From assembly GCF_003334305.1 (NCBI RefSeq), contig NZ_QOWS01000026.1: a DNA stretch of 64,000 nt; one strand, 5' to 3'. Position 1 is the stretch's first letter. Each line of letters begins with the position of its first letter. Source of the stretch: Escherichia coli (lineage in GTDB: Bacteria > Pseudomonadota > Gammaproteobacteria > Enterobacterales > Enterobacteriaceae). The position numbers and the translations under genes were made by a program. The notes under the pieces were generated by a model. The model did not search any database and was not told the origin of the DNA. It worked only from the letters and a program-made list of their open reading frames with translations. Shown here one piece after another: positions 44,292 through 54,980 of the stretch.

Positions 44292-44455
44292 TGTTTAATC
44301 CTTTTGGTTTAAACCAGATGAAGCATCTTACGCTTACGCCAAAAAAGAAAGCAATTAACGGCGTATGACTTTGCAGATAATTGTGACAAAGCTCTCTATT
44401 GACGTAATCCCAGACTTATAAGGGAGATACTCGCATTGGTGTGCGCTCACGACAG

Positions 44456-44492
44456 GTAAAAAAAAACCTGCCAGCGATGGCAGGTTTTTTAT
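44456..44492 (-). terminator. typA (bipA) rho-independent terminator
   Basis: Stem cctgccagcgatggcagg flanked by A- and T-runs, 16 bp downstream of typA stop. Confidence 0.7.
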
Positions 44493-44507
44493 AACTAAAA
44501 AACGAAA

Positions 44508-46331
44508 TTAATCGTCTTTCGGTGCGCGGTTGGCGCGGCGACGATCGTTTTCCGTCAGGTGACGTTTACGAATACGGATAGAGGTCGGAGTCACTTCTAC
44601 TAGTTCGTCATCATCGATGAACTCCAGAGCTTGTTCCAGAGTCATGCGGATAGGCGGAACCAGAACAACGGCTTCGTCAGTACCGGAAGCACGCATGTTG
44701 GTCAGTTTCTTACCGGTCAGGCAGTTTACCGTCAGGTCGTTAGAGCGGCTATGAATACCGATAATCTGACCTTCGTAAACTTCTGCACCGTGACCGAGGA
44801 ACAGCTTACCGCGATCCTGCAGACCGAACAGCGCGAACGCGACCGCTTTACCCTGACCGTTAGAGATCAGTACGCCGTTCTGACGCTGACCCACTTCACC
44901 CGGACGTACGTCGTCGTAGTGGCTGAAGGTGGAGTACAGCAGACCAGTACCGGAAGTCATGGTCATGAACTCAGAACGGAAGCCAATCAGACCACGGCTT
45001 GGGATCACGTAGTCGAGACGTACGCGGCCTTTACCGTCTGGATTCATGTTTTTCAGGTCGCCTTTACGTTCGCCCAGCGCCTGCATTACAGAACCCTGAT
45101 GCTGTTCTTCAACGTCCAGAGTCACGTTTTCATATGGCTCTTGTTTACGACCGTCGATTTCACGGAAGATAACTTTCGGACGGGATACCGCCAGTTCGAA
45201 ACCTTCACGACGCATGTTTTCGATCAGAACAGACAGGTGTAGTTCGCCACGACCAGAAACGCGGAACGCATCAGCGTCTTCGGTTTCTTCTACGCGCAGC
45301 GCAACGTTGTGTACCAGTTCTTTGTTCAGACGATCCAGGATCTGACGAGACGTTACGAACTTACCTTCTTTACCGCAGAACGGCGAGGTGTTAACGCAGA
45401 AGAACATAGAAACGGTCGGCTCATCAACGGAGAGTGCCGGCAGCGCTTCAACGTTTTGCGTGTCGCAAACGGTGTCAGAAATGTTCAGTTCGCCAAGGCC
45501 CGTGATCGCAACGATATCGCCAGCTTCCGCCAGGTCGGTTTCGATACGTTCCAGACCGAGGTGGCCCAGCACTTTACCGACTTTCGCGTTGCGGGTTTTG
45601 CCTTCGCTATCGATGATAGTGACCTGCTGGTTCGGCTTCACTTTACCGCGCTTGATGCGGCCAATGCCGATAACGCCAACATAGCTGTTGTAATCGAGCT
45701 GAGAAATCTGCATCTGGAACGGACCGTCAAGGTCAACGTCCGGCGCAGGAACGTGGTCAACAATCGCCTGGTACAGCGGGGTCATGTCTTCCGCCATATC
45801 TTCGTGGTCCAGACCCGCGATACCGTTCAGCGCAGAAGCGTAAACGATCGGGAAGTCCAACTGCTCGTCGGTCGCGTCGAGGTTAACGAACAGATCGAAT
45901 ACCTGATCCACAACCCAATCAGGACGCGCGCCAGGGCGGTCAACTTTGTTGATAACAACAATCGGCTTCAGGCCGTAAGCAAACGCTTTTTTGGTTACGA
46001 AGCGCGTTTGCGGCATCGGGCCGTCAAATGCGTCAACCACCAGCAGCACTGAGTCTACCATGGACATTACACGTTCAACTTCACCACCGAAGTCGGCGTG
46101 CCCCGGGGTATCAACGATGTTGATACGGTAATCATTCCATTTGATAGCGGTGTTTTTCGCGAGGATGGTAATCCCACGCTCTTTCTCCAAATCGTTGGAG
46201 TCCATCACGCGCTCTTGGGTTTCGGCACGAGAGTCGAACGTACCGGATTGTTGGAGCAGCTTGTCTACCAGGGTGGTTTTACCATGGTCTACGTGCGCGA
46301 TGATGGCGATATTACGCAATTTTTCGATCAC
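44508..46331 (-). CDS. typA: Ribosome-associated translational GTPase BipA/TypA
   Basis: 607 aa ORF (M)[25 protein letters not shown]...; first codon is GTG at 46331. Confidence 0.96.
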   Translation of the reverse strand: MIEKLRNIAIIAHVDHGKTTLVDKLLQQSGTFDSRAETQERVMDSNDLEKERGITILAKNTAIKWNDYRINIVDTPGHADFGGEVERVMSMVDSVLLVVDAFDGPMPQTRFVTKKAFAYGLKPIVVINKVDRPGARPDWVVDQVFDLFVNLDATDEQLDFPIVYASALNGIAGLDHEDMAEDMTPLYQAIVDHVPAPDVDLDGPFQMQISQLDYNSYVGVIGIGRIKRGKVKPNQQVTIIDSEGKTRNAKVGKVLGHLGLERIETDLAEAGDIVAITGLGELNISDTVCDTQNVEALPALSVDEPTVSMFFCVNTSPFCGKEGKFVTSRQILDRLNKELVHNVALRVEETEDADAFRVSGRGELHLSVLIENMRREGFELAVSRPKVIFREIDGRKQEPYENVTLDVEEQHQGSVMQALGERKGDLKNMNPDGKGRVRLDYVIPSRGLIGFRSEFMTMTSGTGLLYSTFSHYDDVRPGEVGQRQNGVLISNGQGKAVAFALFGLQDRGKLFLGHGAEVYEGQIIGIHSRSNDLTVNCLTGKKLTNMRASGTDEAVVLVPPIRMTLEQALEFIDDDELVEVTPTSIRIRKRHLTENDRRRANRAPKDD

Positions 46332-46482
46332 AACTTTGCCTCAGGCATTAGAAATAGCGCGTTATTGTACACGGATTAATCGCACTACAAAACAGGATCA
46401 CAAACATCCTCCGCAAACAAGTATTGCAGAGTCCCTTTGTGATCGCTTTCACGGAGCATAAAAAGGGTTATCCAAAGGTCAT

Positions 46483-46573
46483 TGCACCAACATGGTGCTT
46501 AATGTTTCCATTGAAGCACTATATTGGTGCAACATTCACATCGTGGTGCAGCCCTTTTGCACGATGGTGCGCA
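46483..46573. promoter_or_regulatory. NtrC enhancer-like sites upstream of glnA
   Basis: Repeated TGCACCA/TGGTGCA dyads: tgcaccaacatggtgc (46483..46498), gcactatattggtgca (46516..46531), tggtgcagcccttttgcacgatggtgcgca (46544..46573). Confidence 0.6.
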
Positions 46574-46602
46574 TGATAACGCCTTTTAGGGGCAATTTAA
46601 AA

Positions 46603-46620
46603 GTTGGCACAGATTTCGCT
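46603..46620 (+). promoter_or_regulatory. sigma-54 promoter glnAp2
   Basis: TTGGCACAGATTTCGCT: GG and GC dinucleotides at the -24/-12 spacing, about 85 bp upstream of glnA ATG. Confidence 0.8.
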
Positions 46621-46703
46621 TTATCTTTTTTACGGCGACACGGCCAAAATAATTGCAGATTTCGTTACCACGACGACCATGACCAATCCAGGAGAGTTAA
46701 AGT

Positions 46704-48113
46704 ATGTCCGCTGAACACGTACTGACGATGCTGAACGAGCACGAAGTGAAGTTTGTTGATTTGCGCTTCACCGATACTAAAGGTAAAGAACAGCACGTCA
46801 CTATCCCTGCTCATCAGGTGAATGCTGAATTCTTCGAAGAAGGCAAAATGTTTGACGGCTCCTCGATTGGCGGCTGGAAAGGCATTAACGAGTCCGACAT
46901 GGTGCTGATGCCAGACGCATCCACCGCAGTGATTGACCCGTTCTTCGCCGACTCCACCCTGATTATCCGTTGCGACATCCTTGAACCTGGCACCCTGCAA
47001 GGCTATGACCGTGACCCGCGCTCCATTGCGAAGCGCGCCGAAGATTACCTGCGTTCCACTGGCATTGCCGACACCGTACTGTTCGGGCCAGAACCTGAAT
47101 TCTTCCTGTTCGATGACATCCGTTTCGGATCATCTATCTCCGGTTCCCACGTTGCTATCGACGATATCGAAGGCGCATGGAACTCCTCCACCCAATACGA
47201 AGGTGGTAACAAAGGTCACCGTCCGGCAGTGAAAGGCGGTTACTTCCCGGTTCCACCGGTAGACTCGGCTCAGGATATTCGTTCTGAAATGTGTCTGGTG
47301 ATGGAACAGATGGGTCTGGTGGTTGAAGCCCATCACCACGAAGTAGCGACTGCTGGTCAGAACGAAGTGGCTACCCGCTTCAATACCATGACCAAAAAAG
47401 CTGACGAAATTCAGATCTACAAATATGTTGTGCACAACGTAGCGCACCGCTTCGGTAAAACCGCGACCTTTATGCCAAAACCGATGTTCGGTGATAACGG
47501 CTCCGGTATGCACTGCCACATGTCTCTGTCTAAAAACGGCGTTAACCTGTTCGCAGGCGACAAATACGCAGGTCTGTCTGAGCAGGCGCTGTACTACATT
47601 GGCGGCGTAATCAAACACGCTAAAGCGATTAACGCCCTGGCAAACCCGACCACCAACTCTTATAAGCGTCTGGTCCCGGGCTATGAAGCACCGGTAATGC
47701 TGGCTTACTCTGCGCGTAACCGTTCTGCGTCTATCCGTATTCCGGTGGTTTCTTCTCCGAAAGCACGTCGTATCGAAGTACGTTTCCCGGATCCGGCAGC
47801 TAACCCGTACCTGTGCTTTGCTGCCCTGCTGATGGCCGGTCTTGATGGTATCAAGAACAAGATCCATCCGGGCGAAGCCATGGACAAAAACCTGTATGAC
47901 CTGCCGCCAGAAGAAGCGAAAGAGATCCCACAGGTTGCAGGCTCTCTGGAAGAAGCACTGAACGAACTGGATCTGGACCGCGAGTTCCTGAAAGCCGGTG
48001 GCGTGTTCACTGACGAAGCAATTGATGCGTACATCGCTCTGCGTCGCGAAGAAGATGACCGCGTGCGTATGACTCCGCATCCGGTAGAGTTTGAGCTGTA
48101 CTACAGCGTCTAA
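46704..48113 (+). CDS. glnA: Glutamine synthetase
   Basis: 469 aa [42 protein letters not shown]...; GGAGAG SD. Confidence 0.97.
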
Positions 48114-48346
48114 TAGTTGAAGTTGTACTACCCGGCGCAACAACGCCGGAGGTTCAAACCAGGCCCATCTGGCGTAATTGTTGCAGCCAGTTTGAACACG
48201 GACAGCGCGCAGAACCCGGAGCGTACACTGGTACGTGAGGAGTTCGAGCACTGCCCAGGTTCAAAATGGCAAATAAAATAGCCTGATGGGACTGGTTTTT
48301 AGTTGCCGTGGAAATTTCAGCCCATCTCTGCATGGGCTTTTTTCTC
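48114..48346 (+). ncRNA. glnZ: glnA 3'UTR; probable GlnZ 3'UTR-derived sRNA
   Basis: About 230 nt between glnA stop and its intrinsic terminator; assignment rests on the published location of GlnZ, not on a recognised sequence. Confidence 0.45.
48317..48346 (+). terminator. glnA terminator
   Basis: Stem agcccat / atgggct followed by tttttt. Confidence 0.7.
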
Positions 48347-48431
48347 CGTCAATTCTCTGATGCTTCGCGCTTTTTATCCGTAAAAAGCTATAATGCACTA
48401 AAATGGTGCAACCTGTTCAGGAGACTGCTTT

Positions 48432-49481
48432 ATGGCAACAGGCACGCAGCCCGATGCTGGGCAGATCCTCAACTCGCTGATTAACAGTATTTTGTTAATC
48501 GATGACAACCTGGCGATCCATTACGCCAACCCTGCCGCGCAACAACTGCTCGCCCAAAGCTCCCGCAAATTGTTTGGTACACCGTTACCGGAACTGTTGA
48601 GCTACTTCTCATTAAATATCGAGCTGATGCAAGAAAGTCTGGAGGCGGGGCAAGGTTTTACCGATAACGAAGTGACGCTGGTCATCGACGGGCGCTCGCA
48701 TATCCTTTCTGTGACGGCCCAGCGTATGCCGGACGGCATGATCCTGCTGGAGATGGCTCCGATGGATAACCAGCGCCGCTTAAGTCAGGAACAGCTACAG
48801 CACGCCCAGCAGGTTGCTGCCCGTGATTTAGTGCGCGGCCTGGCACATGAGATTAAAAATCCGCTTGGCGGTTTACGTGGCGCGGCGCAGCTGCTCAGCA
48901 AAGCGTTACCTGACCCATCACTACTCGAATATACCAAAGTGATTATCGAACAGGCGGACCGGCTGCGAAATCTGGTCGACCGTCTGTTGGGGCCGCAGCT
49001 GCCCGGTACGCGCGTTACCGAAAGTATTCACAAAGTGGCTGAACGCGTGGTAACGCTGGTGTCGATGGAACTGCCGGACAACGTGCGGTTGATTCGTGAT
49101 TACGATCCCAGCCTGCCGGAACTGGCGCACGACCCGGATCAAATTGAACAGGTCTTGCTGAATATTGTGCGCAATGCGCTACAGGCGCTGGGGCCGGAAG
49201 GCGGTGAAATCATTCTGCGTACCCGCACCGCGTTTCAACTGACCTTACACGGCGAGCGCTACCGGCTGGCGGCGCGGATTGATGTGGAAGATAACGGGCC
49301 GGGCATTCCGCCTCATTTGCAGGATACGCTGTTTTACCCGATGGTCAGCGGCCGCGAAGGTGGCACCGGGCTTGGCTTATCCATCGCTCGTAATTTGATT
49401 GATCAGCATTCAGGCAAAATTGAATTTACCAGTTGGCCAGGGCATACCGAGTTCTCGGTTTACCTGCCTATCAGGAAATAA
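48432..49481 (+). CDS. glnL: Nitrogen regulation sensor kinase NtrB
   Basis: 349 aa ORF with H-box (..[11 protein letters not shown]..) and G-box ATPase motifs. Confidence 0.96.
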
Positions 49482-49492
49482 AGGTGACGTTT

Positions 49493-50902
49493 ATGCAACG
49501 AGGGATAGTCTGGGTAGTCGATGACGATAGTTCCATCCGTTGGGTGCTTGAACGTGCGCTCGCTGGAGCGGGTTTAACCTGTACGACATTTGAGAACGGC
49601 GCGGAAGTACTGGAGGCGCTGGCGAGCAAAACGCCGGATGTGCTGCTTTCAGATATCCGTATGCCGGGAATGGACGGGCTGGCGCTGCTCAAGCAGATTA
49701 AACAGCGCCATCCAATGCTTCCGGTCATCATTATGACCGCACATTCCGATCTGGATGCTGCCGTCAGCGCCTATCAACAAGGTGCGTTTGATTATCTGCC
49801 CAAACCGTTTGATATCGACGAAGCAGTGGCGCTGGTTGAGCGCGCTATCAGTCATTACCAGGAACAGCAGCAGCCGCGTAATATTCAGCTTAACGGCCCA
49901 ACGACCGATATCATCGGCGAAGCGCCAGCCATGCAGGACGTGTTCCGTATTATCGGTCGGCTTTCGCGTTCTTCTATTAGCGTGCTGATTAACGGCGAAT
50001 CCGGCACCGGTAAAGAACTGGTCGCTCATGCCCTGCATCGCCACAGTCCGCGCGCCAAAGCGCCGTTTATCGCGCTGAATATGGCAGCTATCCCAAAAGA
50101 TTTGATCGAATCAGAACTGTTTGGCCACGAGAAAGGCGCGTTTACTGGCGCGAATACCATTCGTCAGGGGCGTTTTGAACAGGCCGATGGCGGTACATTA
50201 TTCCTCGACGAAATTGGTGATATGCCGCTGGATGTGCAGACGCGTTTGCTGCGCGTGCTGGCAGACGGTCAGTTTTACCGCGTTGGCGGCTATGCGCCGG
50301 TGAAAGTGGATGTGCGGATTATCGCTGCCACTCACCAGAATCTCGAACAGCGAGTGCAGGAAGGTAAGTTCCGTGAGGATCTGTTCCACCGCCTGAACGT
50401 TATCCGCGTTCATCTGCCGCCGCTGCGCGAACGTCGGGAAGATATTCCCCGTCTGGCGCGCCATTTTTTACAGGTTGCCGCGCGCGAACTGGGCGTAGAA
50501 GCGAAGTTACTGCATCCGGAAACCGAAGCTGCTCTGACGCGTCTGGCGTGGCCAGGCAACGTGCGCCAGCTGGAAAACACCTGCCGCTGGCTAACGGTGA
50601 TGGCCGCCGGGCAGGAAGTGTTGATTCAGGATTTGCCCGGCGAACTGTTTGAATCAACGGTTGCGGAGAGTACTTCGCAAATGCAACCGGACAGCTGGGC
50701 GACGCTTCTTGCGCAGTGGGCAGACAGAGCGCTGCGTTCCGGTCATCAAAATCTGCTTTCCGAAGCGCAGCCAGAGCTGGAGCGGACGTTACTGACGACC
50801 GCGTTGCGACATACGCAGGGGCATAAACAGGAAGCGGCGCGGCTACTCGGCTGGGGCCGCAACACCCTGACGCGTAAGTTAAAAGAGCTGGGGATGGAGT
50901 GA
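49493..50902 (+). CDS. glnG: Nitrogen regulation response regulator NtrC
   Basis: 469 aa from ATG 49493 ([25 protein letters not shown]...); receiver domain, AAA+ GESGTGKE and GAFTGA motifs, C-terminal HTH. Confidence 0.96.
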   Translation: MQRGIVWVVDDDSSIRWVLERALAGAGLTCTTFENGAEVLEALASKTPDVLLSDIRMPGMDGLALLKQIKQRHPMLPVIIMTAHSDLDAAVSAYQQGAFDYLPKPFDIDEAVALVERAISHYQEQQQPRNIQLNGPTTDIIGEAPAMQDVFRIIGRLSRSSISVLINGESGTGKELVAHALHRHSPRAKAPFIALNMAAIPKDLIESELFGHEKGAFTGANTIRQGRFEQADGGTLFLDEIGDMPLDVQTRLLRVLADGQFYRVGGYAPVKVDVRIIAATHQNLEQRVQEGKFREDLFHRLNVIRVHLPPLRERREDIPRLARHFLQVAARELGVEAKLLHPETEAALTRLAWPGNVRQLENTCRWLTVMAAGQEVLIQDLPGELFESTVAESTSQMQPDSWATLLAQWADRALRSGHQNLLSEAQPELERTLLTTALRHTQGHKQEAARLLGWGRNTLTRKLKELGME

Positions 50903-51013
50903 TTCACAGCTTGTGTGTAAAGATTGATTATTGAGCGCAAATTGCTGGTATTTTACGCTTTACTGTTCCGATAAGTTCAGTATGATCTTGCCCGGAAAAC
51001 GGGGAGAGTCATT

Positions 51014-51124
51014 ATGCTGGAATCAATAATTAATCTGGTATCGAGTGGCGCAGTTGACAGCCACACACCGCAAACTGCCGTTGCTGCCGTGCTGTGTGCC
51101 GCAATGATTGGGCTGTTTAGTTGA
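51014..51124 (+). CDS. yshB: Small membrane protein YshB (36 aa)
   Basis: MLESIINLVSSGAVDSHTPQTAVAAVLCAAMIGLFS preceded by GGGGAGAG SD; matches the small ORF annotated between glnG and hemN in K-12. Confidence 0.7.
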   Translation: MLESIINLVSSGAVDSHTPQTAVAAVLCAAMIGLFS

Positions 51125-51158
51125 GTTTCAGATTGCTGATGAAGTGCTCTTTGTTCAT

Positions 51159-51246
51159 GCCGGATGCGGCGTGAACGCCTTATCCGGCCTACAAAAGCAA
51201 TATTTTCAACAGGTTTTGTAGGCCTGATAAGCGTAGCGCATCAGGC
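51159..51246. repeat. REP/BIME (two inverted REP units)
   Basis: gccggatgcggcgtgaacgccttatccggcctac and gtaggcctgataagcgtagcgcatcaggc. Confidence 0.85.
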
Positions 51247-51313
51247 AATCTTGTTCTCAGCACATTGATGGCGCTTTCGTTTTCTACTTTGTAAACGAAG
51301 CGCCATTCACTAT

Positions 51314-52687
51314 TTAAATCACCCGTGAGAACTGCTGCATCCGCGCTTTCTGGCGCAGATAGGTATCAAAGCACATGCAAATGTTGCGGATCAGCAAGCG
51401 ACCTTTCGCCGTCACCTGTATTCCCTTCTCATCCACATCCACCAGCCCATCTTTTGCTAACGGGGCGAGCAGCTTGAGATCTTCCGCAAAGTAATCAGCG
51501 AAGTGCAAATCCCACTGTTTCTCAATAGGGGCGTAATCCAGACGGAAGTTGCAGATGAGCGACTTAATCACATCGCGGCGAATACAGTCATCACGCGTTA
51601 GCGCAATACCACGCCACAGCGCATTGCCTTGTTCATCCACTTGCTGATAGTACTGCTTCAACTCTTTCTGGTTCTGCGCGTAGCAGTCGCCAATCATGCT
51701 GATGGCGGAAACGCCCATCCCCAGCAGATCGGTATCGCCCTGAGTGGTGTAGCCCTGGAAGTTACGATGCAGCACGCCTTCACGCTGGGCCACCGCCAGC
51801 TCGTCATCCGGACGGGCAAAGTGATCCATACCGATAAACTGATAGCCCGATTGCGTCAGGAAGGCGATGGTTTCCTGCAGGATATCGAGTTTTTGCTGCG
51901 GACTCGGCAGGTCAGCATCTTTGATTTTGCGCTGAGCAGCAAAAATGGTCGGCAGATGCGCGTAGTTAAAGACACTCAGACGATCGGGGTTCAGCTCCGC
52001 CACACGTTTCAGGGTAAAGGCGAAACTCTCCGGCGTCTGTTTCGGCAGGCCGTAAATCAGGTCGATGTTGGTGGAGGTAAAACCAATCTCACGCGCATGG
52101 TTAAGCAGTGCAAAGATGAACTCTTCATCCTGCTCGCGGTTAACCAGACGTTGCACTTCTTTGTTGAAGTCCTGCACGCCCATGCTCAGGCGATTAAAGC
52201 CTTCGGCGCGTAAATGATCGAGTACATCCAGTTCGATTTCCCGCGGATCGACTTCGATCGAAATCTCCGCATCGGCATTGAACTGGAAGTTTTCGCGCAG
52301 CAGCTTCATCAGGCGGCTGATTTGCGCTTTATTCAGATACGTCGGCGTTCCGCCGCCCCAGTGCAATTGGCTGACGTGACGCCCGGCGAACAGCGGTGCA
52401 CGATGGACGATTTCTTGCTCCAGCGCGTCCAGATACTGATCGGCCTTGTGCTGCTGGCGAGTAACAATCTTATTGCAACCGCAGAAGTAACAAAGCTTAT
52501 GGCAGAACGGGATATGTACGTAGAGAGATAATGGACGCTCAGGATAGCGCGCCACGGCTTGTAAAAACGCCTGTTCGCCGAAGTCTTCTGAAAACTCCAG
52601 CGCGGTCGGGTACGAGGTGTATCGTGGCCCGGAATAGTTATATTTCTGGATCAGGGCCAGATCCCAGTCGATTTGCTGTACAGACAT
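51314..52687 (-). CDS. hemN: Oxygen-independent coproporphyrinogen III oxidase (radical SAM)
   Basis: 457 aa from ATG 52687 (MSVQQIDWDLALIQKYNYSGPRYTSYPTALEF...), radical-SAM CxxxCxxC (..FCHKLCYFCGC..). Confidence 0.95.
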   Translation of the reverse strand: MSVQQIDWDLALIQKYNYSGPRYTSYPTALEFSEDFGEQAFLQAVARYPERPLSLYVHIPFCHKLCYFCGCNKIVTRQQHKADQYLDALEQEIVHRAPLFAGRHVSQLHWGGGTPTYLNKAQISRLMKLLRENFQFNADAEISIEVDPREIELDVLDHLRAEGFNRLSMGVQDFNKEVQRLVNREQDEEFIFALLNHAREIGFTSTNIDLIYGLPKQTPESFAFTLKRVAELNPDRLSVFNYAHLPTIFAAQRKIKDADLPSPQQKLDILQETIAFLTQSGYQFIGMDHFARPDDELAVAQREGVLHRNFQGYTTQGDTDLLGMGVSAISMIGDCYAQNQKELKQYYQQVDEQGNALWRGIALTRDDCIRRDVIKSLICNFRLDYAPIEKQWDLHFADYFAEDLKLLAPLAKDGLVDVDEKGIQVTAKGRLLIRNICMCFDTYLRQKARMQQFSRVI

Positions 52688-52875
52688 GCTCACTCCTTCC
52701 GATGGCGTCTCTGGCGGCTACGGCGTACCGGCGGATGCCCGTTTCGGGTCATCAGCCGGTTGCGCAGCCACTTTTGTCGCCGCGACAACCGCTGTAGTTT
52801 AACGAATAACCACACCAGATAACATATAACCGGAAGGGTTATCAGCAGAACGGGAAGGCCCACGGCGGCAATCCG

Positions 52876-53385
52876 TTAGTTGCCCCGCAGCAGACGCATC
52901 ATGTCTTCTTGCTTCTCGTCTTCTTCCTCTTCTTCGTCATCGTCATAAGAGAGGCCGAGTTTCTGCATCAACTCATCAATACGATCCAGTTTAGCATCCA
53001 CCCAGGATTGCTCTTCGGCACTCAGGGTTTCGCCTGCTTCCAGACGTTCCAGCAGCGCATCCAGACGCTCATCCGTTTCCAGTAATTCCAACTCCGCCTG
53101 CGGTGAAAGCATAGGTTTCTCACTCTTCGGTTTGTGCTGTTTGGTGACTTTTTCAGTCACGCCCAATGGAATAGGGGTTTTACTGCCAATACGTGGATCT
53201 TTTGGTGCGTTCTGGCCTTTGCTGCCTGACGTGGTGTTTCCGCCCGCTGCGCGGCTGCCCGGCGCATGACCACGACGTTTTTTCTGACGCTTGCGATCAC
53301 GAGCTTCCTGATCCAGCTCCTCGCGTGTTTTTCGACGCGCTTTTGCATGACCTTTGCTGCGTGAGTTTGAAGATGATGGTTTCAT
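52876..53385 (-). CDS. yihI: Der GTPase-activating protein YihI
   Basis: 169 aa from ATG 53385 ([27 protein letters not shown]...), basic N-terminus and acidic C-terminus. Confidence 0.9.
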   Translation of the reverse strand: MKPSSSNSRSKGHAKARRKTREELDQEARDRKRQKKRRGHAPGSRAAGGNTTSGSKGQNAPKDPRIGSKTPIPLGVTEKVTKQHKPKSEKPMLSPQAELELLETDERLDALLERLEAGETLSAEEQSWVDAKLDRIDELMQKLGLSYDDDEEEEEDEKQEDMMRLLRGN

Positions 53386-53451
53386 AATGGTTCGTCTTTT
53401 AGCCGTTTTATTCAGTATAGATTTGCGGCGGAATCTAACAGAAAGCAAGCA

Positions 53452-53696
53452 AAGAAAAAAGGCGACAGATTACTCTGTCGCCTTTTTTCCTGACTCATAA
53501 CCCTTAACGGGTCTTACAATCCTTGCAGGCCGCCAACACACCCTGTTTTTCCTTTAGCCGGAACAATCCGTGTTGATTCCATTTCCGTTTAATTACGTCT
53601 CCGGACGTTTGTCTTCCTGACAATCCTCTGTCTTCGCCTCCTGGCGCTCCTGACCCTCATCCTGAGTCATTGTTCCTGTTAGCGTCCTCGCTCTAT
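53452..53696 (-). ncRNA. csrC: CsrC small RNA (CsrA-sequestering)
   Basis: Minus-strand region dense in GGA/AGGA motifs ending in the hairpin ggcgacagagtaatctgtcgcc plus U-tract, 67 bp upstream of yihI; ends are approximate. Confidence 0.75.
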
Positions 53697-53966
53697 GGGT
53701 GCTACTTTACGCCTTTGCTTTAAACAAACAATCAACCGCCATCAGTATTTGCACATTTTCAGAGTTTTATATAAAAGCAATTCACTGATTTATATAGCTT
53801 ATTTGACATGCATCGCAGAATTTTCTCTGCTATTTCGCATAAAGACTATCGGCAATGTCTCACAAAGCGTATGGCTTTTACTTACAACGCTCACGCCGAA
53901 AAATCCGCCTTTTATTATGGTTCAGGTATAATCGCCACAAAGCTTTGACTGACGGAGACGACCGCT

Positions 53967-54599
53967 TTGACTAATTTGAATTATCAACAGACGCATTTTG
54001 TGATGAGTGCGCCTGATATTCGCCACCTACCTTCCGATACCGGAATTGAAGTGGCTTTTGCAGGCCGTTCCAACGCAGGTAAATCCAGCGCGCTGAACAC
54101 GCTGACTAACCAGAAAAGCCTGGCTCGTACCTCAAAAACCCCAGGGCGCACCCAGCTTATCAACCTGTTTGAAGTGGCTGACGGCAAGCGTCTGGTTGAC
54201 TTGCCTGGGTACGGTTATGCGGAAGTCCCGGAAGAGATGAAGCGCAAATGGCAGCGTGCGCTCGGCGAATACCTCGAAAAACGTCAGAGCCTGCAAGGTC
54301 TGGTGGTGCTAATGGATATTCGCCATCCGCTGAAAGATTTGGATCAGCAGATGATTGAGTGGGCGGTAGACAGCAATATCGCCGTTCTGGTGCTGCTGAC
54401 CAAAGCGGACAAACTGGCAAGCGGCGCACGTAAAGCGCAATTGAATATGGTGCGTGAAGCTGTACTGGCGTTTAACGGTGATGTGCAGGTTGAAACGTTT
54501 TCTTCGTTGAAGAAACAAGGCGTGGACAAGCTGCGGCAGAAACTGGATACCTGGTTTAGCGAGATGCAGCCTGTAGAAGAAACGCAGGACGGCGAATAA
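53967..54599 (+). CDS. engB: Ribosome biogenesis GTPase EngB (YihA)
   Basis: 210 aa ORF (M)[21 protein letters not shown]...GRSNAGKSS...; first codon is TTG at 53967 with GGAG 8 nt upstream; the ATG at 54003 is an alternative. Confidence 0.9.
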
Positions 54600-54620
54600 T
54601 TTTCTTGCCTTAATGCTTGT

Positions 54621-54699
54621 GCCGGATGTGGCGTATCCGGCCCGTAAATTCAATAGATTACAATTCTACCGTTGGCCTGATAAACATAGCGCATCAGGC
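54621..54699. repeat. REP-like palindromic units
   Basis: gccggatgtggcgtatccggc and ggcctgataaacatagcgcatcaggc. Confidence 0.5.
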
Positions 54700-54724
54700 A
54701 TTACGGATCTTTTCTTTCGCCCAA

Positions 54725-54833
54725 TAAAAAACGCCCCAGTCATTACTGACTGGGGCGGCTAAAATATTCAGCCAAATCCGATTACGTGAAGTAAAAGGTC
54801 TGAAAGATAGAACATCTTACCTCTGTACCCTAC
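54725..54833 (-). ncRNA. spf: Spot 42 small RNA
   Basis: Minus-strand sequence GTAGGGTACAGAGGTAAGATGTTCTATCTTTCAGACC...GCCGCCCCAGTCAGTAATGACTGGGGCGTTTTTTATT matches Spot 42 including its terminator; lies between engB and polA as in K-12. Confidence 0.88.
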
Positions 54834-54980
54834 GCGACTAACTTTACTCTTTTTTGTTCAGTTCAGAAAGCACTTTTTGTAATTTTTTTTCAGTTGTTGC
54901 ATAGGAATTTCTAATAGCCATCACAAAACGTGACAGCTTATGTTGCTTACTTACGAAAAAAGGGCATGTTCAGGCGAATC

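Noticed and set aside
47130-48251. 373-aa minus-strand ORF antisense to glnA
   Set aside because: Lies entirely within the strongly recognised glnA coding region on the opposite strand; no SD and low-complexity Arg/Val-rich translation typical of antisense frames in GC-rich genes.
53695-53931. 78-aa plus-strand ORF between csrC and engB
   Set aside because: Overlaps the csrC promoter/5' region; no SD; AT-rich promoter DNA.
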